Below, piece by piece: positions 40,484 through 48,772 of a DNA stretch of 64,000 nucleotides. Within the stretch, counting starts at the first letter, position 1; each line of letters opens with the position of its first letter. The stretch lies in the IMG/VR virus record IMGVR_UViG_3300029931_000011. One strand, given 5' to 3'. A model generated the notes under the pieces. That model saw only the letters and a list, made by a program, of their open reading frames with translations, was not told where the DNA came from and ran no database searches. The translations under genes were made by a program, and so were the position numbers. The DNA comes from a virus.

Positions 40484-41292
40484 TCACTTCTTCCTGGCCG
40501 CCTCGGCGGCTCGCTGCTTTGCTTCCTGCTCCTCGCGCTGCCACTTCAACCACGCCGCGTCCATCGCGCGGATGATGTCGTAGAAGGCGAGGAGTACCCG
40601 CCGAGAGCGCAGGCCCCACCGCTCGCCGTAGGCGAAGATCGTCGACTCCGGGATGGGCCCGATCCCGAAACCGATCGAGCGGTTCGTGCTCAGATCCCAG
40701 AACGCCTTGAGGCAGAAGGACTGCGCCAGCGACGTGACGGGCGGTTCGATGGCCTCGGGTGGTAGCGGCCGACCTTCGAGCGGGTACTGCCTCCACGCAG
40801 CCCCGTCGCGCTGCTCGCGCAGCTGCCAGGTCAGCCGCTCGACGAGTTTCCCGCGGCGGACTCCACATCGGCCGGGGTCACGTCGTCGGGCCCGGGGCGC
40901 GCCATCTTGACGACCTCCTGCTCGATCGCGATGAACAACCCCAGGCCGACCTGCGGGGCCTCGATGAGCTTGACCAGGAAGTCGCGCCCCTTCCTCGGGG
41001 TGTACTCGAGCGCCACCCACTGCCCATCGCGCTCGACCTCCCACCCGACGATCGCCGACGACGCGATGGCGCGGGCGCTGTCGCGAAGCTGCTGCATCCG
41101 GATCTCGTCGGGCGCCGTCTCTTCCTGCCGCTGACTCTCGAGGAAGTGCCGGAAGCCGGCCTCCATCAGGAGCGGGTTGTCGGGCGTCATCGGCACGAGG
41201 CCGAGTCGCCGGCGAGGCCGGATACTCTCGATCACGTGGTGCGCCGTGGCCTCGGGCAGCACGAACTCGAAGTCCTCGAACGATTCGCTCAT
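40484..41292 (-). CDS. tail assembly chaperone, -1 frameshift fusion product (G-T-like)
   Basis: The zero frame 41292..40831 shifts at G GGA AAC into the frame that stays open to 40484 (...ESAAGKLVERLTWQLREQRDG...). The downstream frame has no plausible start of its own. Confidence 0.7.
40831..41292 (-). CDS. tail assembly chaperone (G-like)
   Basis: Full ORF of 153 aa between the major tail and tape measure genes. Confidence 0.85.
   Translation of the reverse strand: MSESFEDFEFVLPEATAHHVIESIRPRRRLGLVPMTPDNPLLMEAGFRHFLESQRQEETAPDEIRMQQLRDSARAIASSAIVGWEVERDGQWVALEYTPRKGRDFLVKLIEAPQVGLGLFIAIEQEVVKMARPGPDDVTPADVESAAGNSSSG
40846..40852 (-). promoter_or_regulatory. -1 programmed frameshift slippery heptamer G GGA AAC
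   Basis: The minus strand reads ...GCC GCG GGA AAC TCG..., 5 codons before the G stop. The plus strand shows gtttccc. Confidence 0.7.
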
Positions 41293-41336
41293 CGTCGAGC
41301 ACCGTGCGCCCGCGTCCGTCGAGGATCCACATTCGG

Positions 41337-41408
41337 TAGCAGGGGCGAGAATCGAACTCGCTTCTGCTCGGGTATGAGCCGAGCGCGCAGCCGGAGCGCC
41401 TCCCTGCA
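41337..41408 (-). tRNA. tRNA with CAU anticodon (Met, or Ile2 if lysidine-modified), 72 nt
   Basis: Hand-folded cloverleaf: TGCAGGG AG GCGC TCCGGCT GCGC G CTCGG CTCATAC CCGAG CAGAA GCGAG TTCGATT CTCGC CCCTGCT A. All stems are Watson-Crick except position 1-72 (T-T). U33, A37 and G53-C61 are present. Position 8 is A, not U. Confidence 0.75.
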
Positions 41409-41416
41409 GGAAGCCG

Positions 41417-42904
41417 TTACGCCGTCGGGCAGTAGGGGAAGAGGCTGACGATCAGCGTCGAGCCGAAGATGTCGTCCTCGTGCGCGTCGGCGCCGAGCGC
41501 GATCCGCACCGTCTGGTTCGTCGGGGTCTCGGGCATCCCGTTCGACAGGCAGCACGACGGCATGTCGAAGCACGCCGCGCCGTCGCCGTTGTTGATGAAC
41601 CAGTCGCAGCCGACCGCGTCACCGGCCTCGAGCGCCGCGATCACCTCGGGCACGGTGAAGTGCGCGCCGACCTCGACACCCACGTTGACGGGGCCGGCGG
41701 TGTTGGTCACCGAGCCCATCACGCCGTGGCCGCCGTTGCGCTGGACGTCGGCCTCGAGGTTGAGCGCGACGCTCGTGATGATGCCGGTGAACGCCGTCCC
41801 GGCGACCTTCGCGCGGATGCGCCCCCGGTAGATGTGCGACGTGGTGTTCACCATCGTCTTCTGGAGCGTCTTGACCGGCGCGTTGAAGTTCGTCGCGCGG
41901 CTCGTCGTCGGGCCCGACGTCGTGGTGCCGCGCATCGCCACCGAGAGCGTGGCCTTCGTCTTCTCCGGCATCGAGATCGTGCCGCGGACGACCTGCATCC
42001 CGTGGGCGTAGAGGTACGAGGCGGCGTCGCCGGCGCCGAGCTTGTTGAACACGCGCTCGGTGCGCCAGTAGGGCAGGAGGAAGTTCGCGTCCGTCAGGTA
42101 GCGGACCCGGACGCGCTGGCCGTAGAAGACGTCGATCAGCTTCGAGGAGCCGTTGTCGACGGTGAACGGCGCGGTGGTGTTCTCGATCCGCATCAGGTTC
42201 GCGGTCGGCGTCGCCGCGATGCGCGCGGGGCCGCGGTTGGCCGCGACCGCGAAGGTCTGCGCCGCCGCGACGCCGCCCACCCAGATGGTGTCGCCAGCCT
42301 CGAGCCCGAGCTGGGTCAGGTTCTTCGTCGTGGTGATCAGGTTGCCGTCGCTGTTGACCTGGAGGTCGCCGGATGCGAACCGGAAGCCGCACACCTCGAC
42401 CGTCGCGCCCTCGGCGGCGGCGAAGGTCTCGGCGACGAGGCCTCCGACGATCGGGATCTGGGTGGTGGTGCCGCCCGAGTCGACGACCTTGAAGCCGTTG
42501 TTCGCGGCGATCTTCGCACCACGCACGAACACCAGCGTGTTCGCCGGAAGCGCCGCGCTCATGGTCGGCACGACGAAGTGCGCCGTGGTGCAGCTCGTCG
42601 GGAAGTTCGGCGCCGGGCCGGTGAACGCCGCATGGAGCAGGCCCTCCGCGAACTCGCGAAAGGTCGACCAGGTCAGGTCGGTCTCGATCGACCCCTCGAC
42701 CATCTTGTCGACCGGCATCCCGCGCTGCCGCTGGTTCGCCGGCGAGACCGGCTCGCGCTCGACGCTCTCGATCTGCGGCGCGAACCCGGTGAGCCCGCCC
42801 GGGTTGTACTCGTAGGCGTGGACGACCGGGGAGCCGGGGAGCGCGCCCTCGCTCGACTCACGCGCGACCTGCAGGAAGGATCGGTTGCTCTCGCTGTAGC
42901 CCAT
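41417..42904 (-). CDS. major tail (tube) protein candidate
   Basis: Full ORF of 495 aa, immediately upstream of the chaperone genes. Assigned by position. Confidence 0.75.
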   Translation of the reverse strand: MGYSESNRSFLQVARESSEGALPGSPVVHAYEYNPGGLTGFAPQIESVEREPVSPANQRQRGMPVDKMVEGSIETDLTWSTFREFAEGLLHAAFTGPAPNFPTSCTTAHFVVPTMSAALPANTLVFVRGAKIAANNGFKVVDSGGTTTQIPIVGGLVAETFAAAEGATVEVCGFRFASGDLQVNSDGNLITTTKNLTQLGLEAGDTIWVGGVAAAQTFAVAANRGPARIAATPTANLMRIENTTAPFTVDNGSSKLIDVFYGQRVRVRYLTDANFLLPYWRTERVFNKLGAGDAASYLYAHGMQVVRGTISMPEKTKATLSVAMRGTTTSGPTTSRATNFNAPVKTLQKTMVNTTSHIYRGRIRAKVAGTAFTGIITSVALNLEADVQRNGGHGVMGSVTNTAGPVNVGVEVGAHFTVPEVIAALEAGDAVGCDWFINNGDGAACFDMPSCCLSNGMPETPTNQTVRIALGADAHEDDIFGSTLIVSLFPYCPTA

Positions 42905-42919
42905 GGTCGTGCTCCTCGG

Positions 42920-43357
42920 TCAGAAGGTCTCGTGGAAGGCGAAGCGCGCGCTGACGTTCACCTGGTAGTAGGTCGATGGCCCGGCGTCGCCGTCGACGCC
43001 GATGCGCCGGATGTCGGCGCCCATGAAGGTGACGGTGTCACCGGCGGTGCCCAGGTCGAGCCCGCGGAACACCTCGCGAACCTGCTGCGCCAGGGTCATC
43101 GCGCCGGCCTGGCCGTCGTCGGGGATGAGCGGGGCGAAGCACTGCGCGATCACGTCGGCGCGCTGGCGCTCGACGCGGTGGCCGACGGGGCCGTGGCCCG
43201 AGGGGTCCGGCGGCAGGTCGCGCACCGAGACGCGCACCCATGCCGTGTCGGCCGGCGGCTCGTACCGCTCGCCGTCGATCGTGAAGGCGACCGGCAGCGA
43301 GTCGAGCCGATCCTTCACGGCGGCGAGCACGAGCTCGGTGGCGGCGAGCGGCGTCAT
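42920..43357 (-). CDS. tail terminator / tail completion-like protein
   Basis: ORF 42920..43849 trimmed to ATG 43357 (ATGA overlap). 145 aa. Assigned by position. Confidence 0.65.
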   Translation of the reverse strand: MTPLAATELVLAAVKDRLDSLPVAFTIDGERYEPPADTAWVRVSVRDLPPDPSGHGPVGHRVERQRADVIAQCFAPLIPDDGQAGAMTLAQQVREVFRGLDLGTAGDTVTFMGADIRRIGVDGDAGPSTYYQVNVSARFAFHETF

Positions 43358-43710
43358 GCGGCCCTCGATTCGGCAACGCCCTTGGCGACCGCGTACTCGA
43401 CGAACGCGGCCGGCGCCTGCTTCGAGTGCCCGGCGTTGAGCCGACGGATGTAGGGCACGTTGTTCGACACGAACGCCTTCCCGTGCTCGAGCCGGAACGC
43501 CACGACCTCGGCGAGCCCGGCCGCCTGCCGCGACGTGCCGGTGCCCCGCGCCGGCTGACCGACCGCGGGGACCCAGTTCGCGCGCGCCCAGCCCGTGTCG
43601 ACCGGCGTGATCGCGACGAGCTCGTGCGTCACGTTGACGGCGATGCGCGCGACCGCCTGCTCGATCCGGCGGTCGAGGGCGGCGCGGATCTTGGCCCGCG
43701 ACGAGGCCAC
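43354..43710 (-). CDS. HK97 gp10-like head-tail protein
   Basis: Full ORF of 118 aa. The motif ITPVDTGWARANW is typical of the gp10 family (from memory). Confidence 0.75.
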   Translation of the reverse strand: MASSRAKIRAALDRRIEQAVARIAVNVTHELVAITPVDTGWARANWVPAVGQPARGTGTSRQAAGLAEVVAFRLEHGKAFVSNNVPYIRRLNAGHSKQAPAAFVEYAVAKGVAESRAA

Positions 43711-43713
43711 GGG

Positions 43714-43995
43714 TCAGCTCCTCGCGGAGCTGCGGCGCTCGGCGCGGGTCGGCTTGATGCGCGCGGCGGTCTCGGCCTGCGGCTGCGCGGGCGAGGACGG
43801 TTCCGGCCCGGGCACCAGCGGCGCACGCTCGTTGTCGATGTACGCGCACTGCCAGAGGTTCAGGACGCGATGGCGCGGCACGCCGAGCGACTGCCAGTCG
43901 AAGGGCGCACCCGCCTCGATCTGCCGCCCGTCGAAGACGAAGGCATGTCGCGCCACGAATGGCGCGTCGAGGTTGAAGGGCGGCCGGTTCGACAT
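43714..43995 (-). CDS. hypothetical head-tail module protein
   Basis: ORF 43714..44925 trimmed to ATG 43995. Translation starts MSNRPPFNLDAPFVARHAFVFDGRQIEAGAPFDWQSLG... Confidence 0.6.
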   Translation of the reverse strand: MSNRPPFNLDAPFVARHAFVFDGRQIEAGAPFDWQSLGVPRHRVLNLWQCAYIDNERAPLVPGPEPSSPAQPQAETAARIKPTRAERRSSARS

Positions 43996-44009
43996 GGTCA
44001 GGGGCTCGA

Positions 44010-45071
44010 TCAGGGCAGCATCGTCTTGAACAGCACGCCCATCTTCGAGTTGACGAGCGTGAAGTCGTGCGCCGAGTCGCAGACGGTCTTCTGCGAGCCG
44101 CCGGGGCCGGCGTCCTCGTCGCGAATCGAGCGGAGGCGGAATCCCTCGGTGTTGCCGACGGCCTCCTCCCACTGCGCGCGCGCCATCGCGCACGGCGCCT
44201 CGGGGTTGAACACGCCGGCGTCGTCGGCCACCGCGCTGGCGGCCTCGCCCTGCATCGCCGGGAAGCGGCGGTAGAGCAGCATCCCGTCGCTGGGGACGAT
44301 GCGCGAGTTGGTCGCCGTCTCGCCCTCGAGCGCCGTGTTGTAGATGGCGCTCGCGACGCCGACCCACTTCACGCCGCAGAGGCGGGCGATCTCCGACTCG
44401 TTGGCCGGGGCGTCCCGGAGGATCGGGTTCGACCCGTTCGTGAGCGTGGCGCGCACGAGAGGGTGCATCGCCACGGCCTCGAAGAGGTCGGCGCCGAAGA
44501 TGATGGCGTCGCCCTTCCAGCCGGTCGCGAGCTCGATGTCGTTGCGCTCCTCGCGGATCGCCTTGATCGGGTCGGTGTTCGCGTCCGAGAAGTGGATGCG
44601 CGTTCCCGTCGCGGTGGTGCGCGCCGGCGCCGCGCCCGACGACACGCCGGTGACGACGCGGAACCAGGTCGTGTCGGCGAACGCGAACGCCGAGAAGAGG
44701 AGCTCGAGGCTCAGGCTCGCCTTGTAGGCGAGGAGCTGCGGGATGATCTGCGACGGATCGATCGCGACGTCGCTGGCCCGCTTGAGCCAGTCGTTCAGGT
44801 TGTACCCGAGCGACCGCGCGTTGATCTCGAACATCGCGGTCTCCTTGCCGAAGGCCGCGATCGGGGTGGGCGAGTTGTAGCCGCGGACGACCATCTCGTT
44901 GCGGTTCAGGTCGCCCTGCTTCCACTTGTAGTAGGTGCCCGAGAGCTTCTTGACCGGCATCCGCGGGGCCGCCTTGCGCGCCACGAAGCCCTCGCCGGAC
45001 TGGAAGAGCTTGATCGCCGCCTGGGTGAGCGGGACGTTGGTGTACACGTCGCCTGGGGTGAACGTCGGCAT
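44010..45071 (-). CDS. major capsid protein (lambda gpE-like family)
   Basis: Full ORF of 353 aa, following the decoration and scaffold genes. Resemblance to the gpE-type family is from memory. Confidence 0.85.
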   Translation of the reverse strand: MPTFTPGDVYTNVPLTQAAIKLFQSGEGFVARKAAPRMPVKKLSGTYYKWKQGDLNRNEMVVRGYNSPTPIAAFGKETAMFEINARSLGYNLNDWLKRASDVAIDPSQIIPQLLAYKASLSLELLFSAFAFADTTWFRVVTGVSSGAAPARTTATGTRIHFSDANTDPIKAIREERNDIELATGWKGDAIIFGADLFEAVAMHPLVRATLTNGSNPILRDAPANESEIARLCGVKWVGVASAIYNTALEGETATNSRIVPSDGMLLYRRFPAMQGEAASAVADDAGVFNPEAPCAMARAQWEEAVGNTEGFRLRSIRDEDAGPGGSQKTVCDSAHDFTLVNSKMGVLFKTMLP

Positions 45072-45108
45072 GGTCGGGCTCCTGCTGGTCGGTGTCGGTC
45101 GAGAGGGC

Positions 45109-45124
45109 GAGCCCCGAAGGGCTC
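45109..45124 (-). other. GC hairpin with UUCG tetraloop between decoration and capsid genes
   Basis: The minus strand reads GAGCCC-TTCG-GGGCTC. There is no U-tract, so it is not a canonical terminator. Confidence 0.5.
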
Positions 45125-45141
45125 AGGGATGAAGCGATGGA

Positions 45142-46134
45142 TCAGGCGAGAGCGAGGCCCGTCGCCGTGACCTGCTGCCACGCGGCCCCGTTCCAGCGGA
45201 GCTGCATGTGGTGCGCGGTCGTGCCGTTGATGTCGTCGATCTTCGTCGCCGCGGCGCCGTCGAGCGTCTCGGCGGTGATGTCGATCTCGCCGTCGGGCGT
45301 GCCGCCGGCGACCGTCACCTGCACGTCGATGAACTCGCCATCGACCTGGCCGTTCGGGATGTTGAACCCGCCGGCCGCGGCGCCCGTGACCGTGCCGGTG
45401 ACCGACAGGTTGTAGCGAGCGACCATGTCGTGGCCGGTGAGGACGTCGGTGCCGACGACCACGGTGCGCGCGCCAGCGCGGCGCTTGCCGACGACCTTCC
45501 AGCCGGTCGCGTGCATCCGCAGGCGCAGCGACTGGCCGGCGGCGGTGAAGACGTGGGTGGCCGACTCGGTGCCGGCCGGGCCGAGCGCGCCGTTGAGGGT
45601 GACCGTGCCGAGCGGCGTGCCGCTGACGGCGACGCAGTCGATCTCGATCTCGTGGCCGAGCTCGCCGTCGTCGAGCGTGTACGCCTTGGTGTCGGCGACG
45701 GTGAGCGCGATGTGGCTCGCGCTCGGCGGGATGGCGCCAGCCGCGGCGACCGCCACCGAGGACGCCGCGGCGTGCGGCTGCACCAGCGGGCGGAGCACCG
45801 ACACGAGACGGCCGGTCGCGCCGGCGCCGAGCGCCACGGCGTTGACGTGTTGGCCGGCGCCCGCGACGATCGCCCGGCCGACGGAGTCGGTCGTGAGATC
45901 GGCGCCCGCGTCGAACGAACCGCCGGCCTCGACCTTCATCACGCGCTCGATGAATGCGTCGACGCCCTTGCCTGCGGCGTCGGGCTCGCTGCCGATGACG
46001 AGGTCCGCTCGCTCTCCGGCGACCGAACACGCGACGACCCGGCCGGTGTTGTCGACCTTGCCGAAGCGGTTCTTGCGCGCGCTGAGGTCCGCGCCGCTGA
46101 CGAGGCTGACCGGGGTGCTGTCGATGGTGGCCAT
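45142..46134 (-). CDS. head decoration protein (DUF2190-like N-terminus) with extended C-terminal domain
   Basis: Full ORF of 330 aa. The Gly/Ala/Val-rich N-terminal ~110 aa resemble DUF2190 (from memory). Lies between the scaffold and capsid genes. Confidence 0.7.
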   Translation of the reverse strand: MATIDSTPVSLVSGADLSARKNRFGKVDNTGRVVACSVAGERADLVIGSEPDAAGKGVDAFIERVMKVEAGGSFDAGADLTTDSVGRAIVAGAGQHVNAVALGAGATGRLVSVLRPLVQPHAAASSVAVAAAGAIPPSASHIALTVADTKAYTLDDGELGHEIEIDCVAVSGTPLGTVTLNGALGPAGTESATHVFTAAGQSLRLRMHATGWKVVGKRRAGARTVVVGTDVLTGHDMVARYNLSVTGTVTGAAAGGFNIPNGQVDGEFIDVQVTVAGGTPDGEIDITAETLDGAAATKIDDINGTTAHHMQLRWNGAAWQQVTATGLALA

Positions 46135-46183
46135 GGTGTGTCTCCGTGGTTCGGTTCGTCGGTGGCGAAGGGGTGGTCAGCGG

Positions 46184-47740
46184 TCAGTTGCGCGGACCGC
46201 CGGGGAGCTCGCGCTCGTAGGCGGCGTACCGGGCCTTGCCGTCGTCGGTGGTGAGGTACTCGAGCGCGACGTCGTCGGGCTTCGCGTTCCGCGACTTCGC
46301 GAACTCGGCGAGGCCGGCGTTGTAGTGGGCGAGCGCGCCGGTCTCGGGCACGCCGCCGCCGGCGACGCCGACGCGCTTGGTGACCGACTCGAACGCGGTG
46401 TTGGCCGCGCGCAGGGTCTCGAGCGCCTCCTTGCGGAGCTCCTCGGGCAGCGCCTCGACGGCGCGCATGATGGCGACCTTGACGGCGTCCGAGCCCTTCA
46501 CGAAGGGGATGACCTCGCGCGCCGACTTCTCGATGCGGGCGGTCTCGTTCGCCTCGCGCGCCTTCGCGAGCTCGACGGCGTTGGAGTCGAGCTCCTTGGC
46601 CATCTCGACCAGCGACTCCTCGCCGGCGTAGTAGCAGCGCCCGGTGCGCTCGCTCTTGTGGATCGGCTTCGCGAGCGCGGCGCGGTCCGCCTCGGGCTTG
46701 CCGAGGAACTGCTCGAGCTCGTCGCCCTTGAGGCGCTTCGCGAACGCCGCCTGGTCGGCGGGCAGGTTGCGGAGCGTGTCGAGCGCCTTCGCGAAGGTCT
46801 CCTTCGCCTTGGCGAAGTCCGCCTTGAGAGCGGTGATGTCGGCCTGGGCCTTGGCGATGTCGGTCGGGTTGCTCATGGCGATGGTCTCCGTGGCGAGGGT
46901 GTGCGTGTGGCCGTCGGCCGCGAGCACGGTGAGGGTTCCGTCGGCGCCGCGAATCCAGTTGTGGGAGTGCCCGTACTGGAATCCGTCGGCGCGGTCGTAG
47001 GACGTGACGCCGTCCTTCTCGTCGGCGTCGTAGATGAGGTGCTGGTGACCCAGCTCGTACGACGTCGCGGCGGGGGTGCGCTTCTCGATCGGCGTGACGA
47101 GCCCTGCGACGAGCGCGGCGTGCTTCACGAGCGAGACGGCGTGCGCGACCTTGGCCTCCGCGCTGACCTCGACCGTCGGCTCGCCGACATCGGCACGCTT
47201 GATGAGCGCGACCTTCGCGCCCTCGTGCGCGCCGAGCTTGACGACGCTGATCTCGTGGATCGAGACCTTGCGAAGCACCCGCTTGCGCTTCTCGACCTTC
47301 GCGGCCTTCGACTTCTCGATGACCTCGGGGTCGTGGCTCACGCCGCCGATCGACAGGCAGAACGCCTCGCCGCTCTCGATGCTCTTGAGCAGCTCCTCGT
47401 CGGGCTTGAACGCGACGAGGATGCCGGCGGTGCCGTGGGTGTCGACATCGCACGCCTTGGCGATGTCCTCGGTCATGCCCCAGCACGACACGATCGAGCC
47501 ACGAGCGCCACCGGAGTGGTTCGCCTTGATCGTGCGGTCCTCGACCGGCAGTGCCGAGAGCTCGAGCGCCGCGAGGAGGATGTCGTCCTCGGGGATGTGG
47601 TCGCCGTGGCTGTCTTCGTAGGCCTCGCCGTCCTTCTTGGCGAAGCACGACCAGCCGAAGCACATGCCGAGCTTCTTGTCGAAGCGCAGCGGCTCGGGCG
47701 AGGTCTTCGCGAAGGCGAGAGGCTTGCTCACGAGCGCCAA
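46184..47740 (-). CDS. prohead protease (XkdF-like) fused to scaffold-like coiled coil
   Basis: ORF of 518 aa. N-terminal FGWSCFAKKDGEAYEDSHGDHIPEDDILLAA. The C-terminal half is Ala/Lys/Glu-rich. The start is uncertain (TTG 47740, GTG 47731 or ATG 47665). Confidence 0.75.
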   Translation of the reverse strand: MALVSKPLAFAKTSPEPLRFDKKLGMCFGWSCFAKKDGEAYEDSHGDHIPEDDILLAALELSALPVEDRTIKANHSGGARGSIVSCWGMTEDIAKACDVDTHGTAGILVAFKPDEELLKSIESGEAFCLSIGGVSHDPEVIEKSKAAKVEKRKRVLRKVSIHEISVVKLGAHEGAKVALIKRADVGEPTVEVSAEAKVAHAVSLVKHAALVAGLVTPIEKRTPAATSYELGHQHLIYDADEKDGVTSYDRADGFQYGHSHNWIRGADGTLTVLAADGHTHTLATETIAMSNPTDIAKAQADITALKADFAKAKETFAKALDTLRNLPADQAAFAKRLKGDELEQFLGKPEADRAALAKPIHKSERTGRCYYAGEESLVEMAKELDSNAVELAKAREANETARIEKSAREVIPFVKGSDAVKVAIMRAVEALPEELRKEALETLRAANTAFESVTKRVGVAGGGVPETGALAHYNAGLAEFAKSRNAKPDDVALEYLTTDDGKARYAAYERELPGGPRN

Positions 47741-47746
47741 CTTGCG

Positions 47747-47760
47747 GCACGCGCGCGTGC
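47747..47760. promoter_or_regulatory. perfect 14-bp palindrome GCACGCGCGCGTGC in the divergent intergenic region
   Basis: Read directly from the sequence. Lies between the protease/scaffold start and the plus-strand cassette. Function unknown. Confidence 0.4.
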
Positions 47761-47824
47761 GAGACCAAGAAACGAATTTGGAACCCGACAGCGAGCGTCG
47801 CTAGCGTCGACGTCGTTGCAGATC

Positions 47825-48049
47825 GTGACACTCAACGACGACGAGCGGCCGAAGAGCGCGCGCCAGATCGAAGAGCACTTCGGCTGGCGGCCGGGAATGA
47901 TCCGCGCGTGGCGACACCGCGGCGTCGGCCCGCCGGTGTTCGCACAGCCCACGCCGCGGGGCTACATGTACCGGATCCGCGACGTGCTCGCGTGGCTGGT
48001 CAGCACAGGACGCGCGGCGAACGCAGCGCCCGAGGAGAAGCAGACATGA
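47825..48049 (+). CDS. excisionase/AlpA-type HTH protein (HTH_17-like)
   Basis: Last 74 codons of shadow ORF 45425..48049, starting at GTG 47825. Translation: VTLNDDERPKSARQIEEHFGWRPGMIRAWRHRGVGPPVFAQPTPRGYMYRIRDVLAWLVSTG. Confidence 0.65.
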   Translation: MTLNDDERPKSARQIEEHFGWRPGMIRAWRHRGVGPPVFAQPTPRGYMYRIRDVLAWLVSTGRAANAAPEEKQT

Positions 48050-48276
48050 CCGAGGACTCCAAACGATGGGCCGACACTGCGACGAGCCCGGTCGCCGACA
48101 TCAAGGCCGAAGCCGAGCGGCTGCTCGGGAAGCCGCTGCGCATCGCGGCCGGGCCGCCCGAGGCTGTGCGCTTCCGCGCGACGCCGTGCGAACGCATCGT
48201 CATCGAGCGTTCGCCTGCCCAGCTCGGCGTCGAAGGCTGCCGGTGCGGGTGCAGCGATGGGAGGCGGGTGCGATGA
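48046..48276 (+). CDS. hypothetical protein
   Basis: ATG 48046 in an ATGA overlap. Translation starts MTEDSKRWADTATSPVADIKAEAERLLGKPLRIAAGPPEAVRFRATPCERIVIERSP... Confidence 0.55.
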   Translation: MTEDSKRWADTATSPVADIKAEAERLLGKPLRIAAGPPEAVRFRATPCERIVIERSPAQLGVEGCRCGCSDGRRVR

Positions 48277-48557
48277 GCGCCGCGATCGTTCGCACGATCG
48301 GCCCGAACGTGAAGCAGCTCATTGCGATGCGCGCCTCGGTGCTCGCCATCCCGAGTGGGACGCAGAACCCGCTGGCTGTCGGCCTCGGCGTGTTGCTCGA
48401 TCCCGCCACGATGAAAGCGCATCTCGCCGCCGCGCAGAGTGAGATCCTGGCTGCAGTCGATGCCGTAAAGGCGGCGCCCGACAACCGCTGGGGCGACGAC
48501 GACGAGGCGATCGCTGGGGAACTGCTGCGCCGGGCAAAGGAGAGACGTCCCCGATGA
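48273..48557 (+). CDS. hypothetical protein
   Basis: ATG 48273 in an ATGA overlap. 94 aa. Confidence 0.6.
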   Translation: MSAAIVRTIGPNVKQLIAMRASVLAIPSGTQNPLAVGLGVLLDPATMKAHLAAAQSEILAAVDAVKAAPDNRWGDDDEAIAGELLRRAKERRPR

Positions 48558-48772
48558 TCGACCTCGGCGCCATCACGATTACGTGCGACCACGAAGGCTG
48601 CGCGGCGCGCCTCAAGACCTCGACGTCGAGCCCGCACGCTGCGCGCGACAGGGCGCGTCGCGAGGGCTGGGCAACGCGCCTGACGCGAGACGCTTTCGCG
48701 CGTGCCCTCGAATACTGCCCCGACCACGCAGCGGCGCACGAGGCTGACACGATCGACGGGCGAGCGTTCTAG
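48554..48772 (+). CDS. hypothetical Cys/His protein
   Basis: Full ORF of 72 aa (CDHEGC...CPDH). Its TAG shares the tetranucleotide CTAG with the stop of the convergent MuF gene. Confidence 0.6.
   Translation: MIDLGAITITCDHEGCAARLKTSTSSPHAARDRARREGWATRLTRDAFARALEYCPDHAAAHEADTIDGRAF

Noticed and set aside
45425-47824. N-terminal 800 codons of the 874-aa plus-strand ORF 45425..48049
   Set aside because: This stretch is antisense to the decoration and protease/scaffold genes and has low-complexity, Arg/Leu/Gly/Ala/Val-rich translation. Only the last 74 codons (from GTG 47825), which lie outside the minus-strand genes, look like a real HTH protein.
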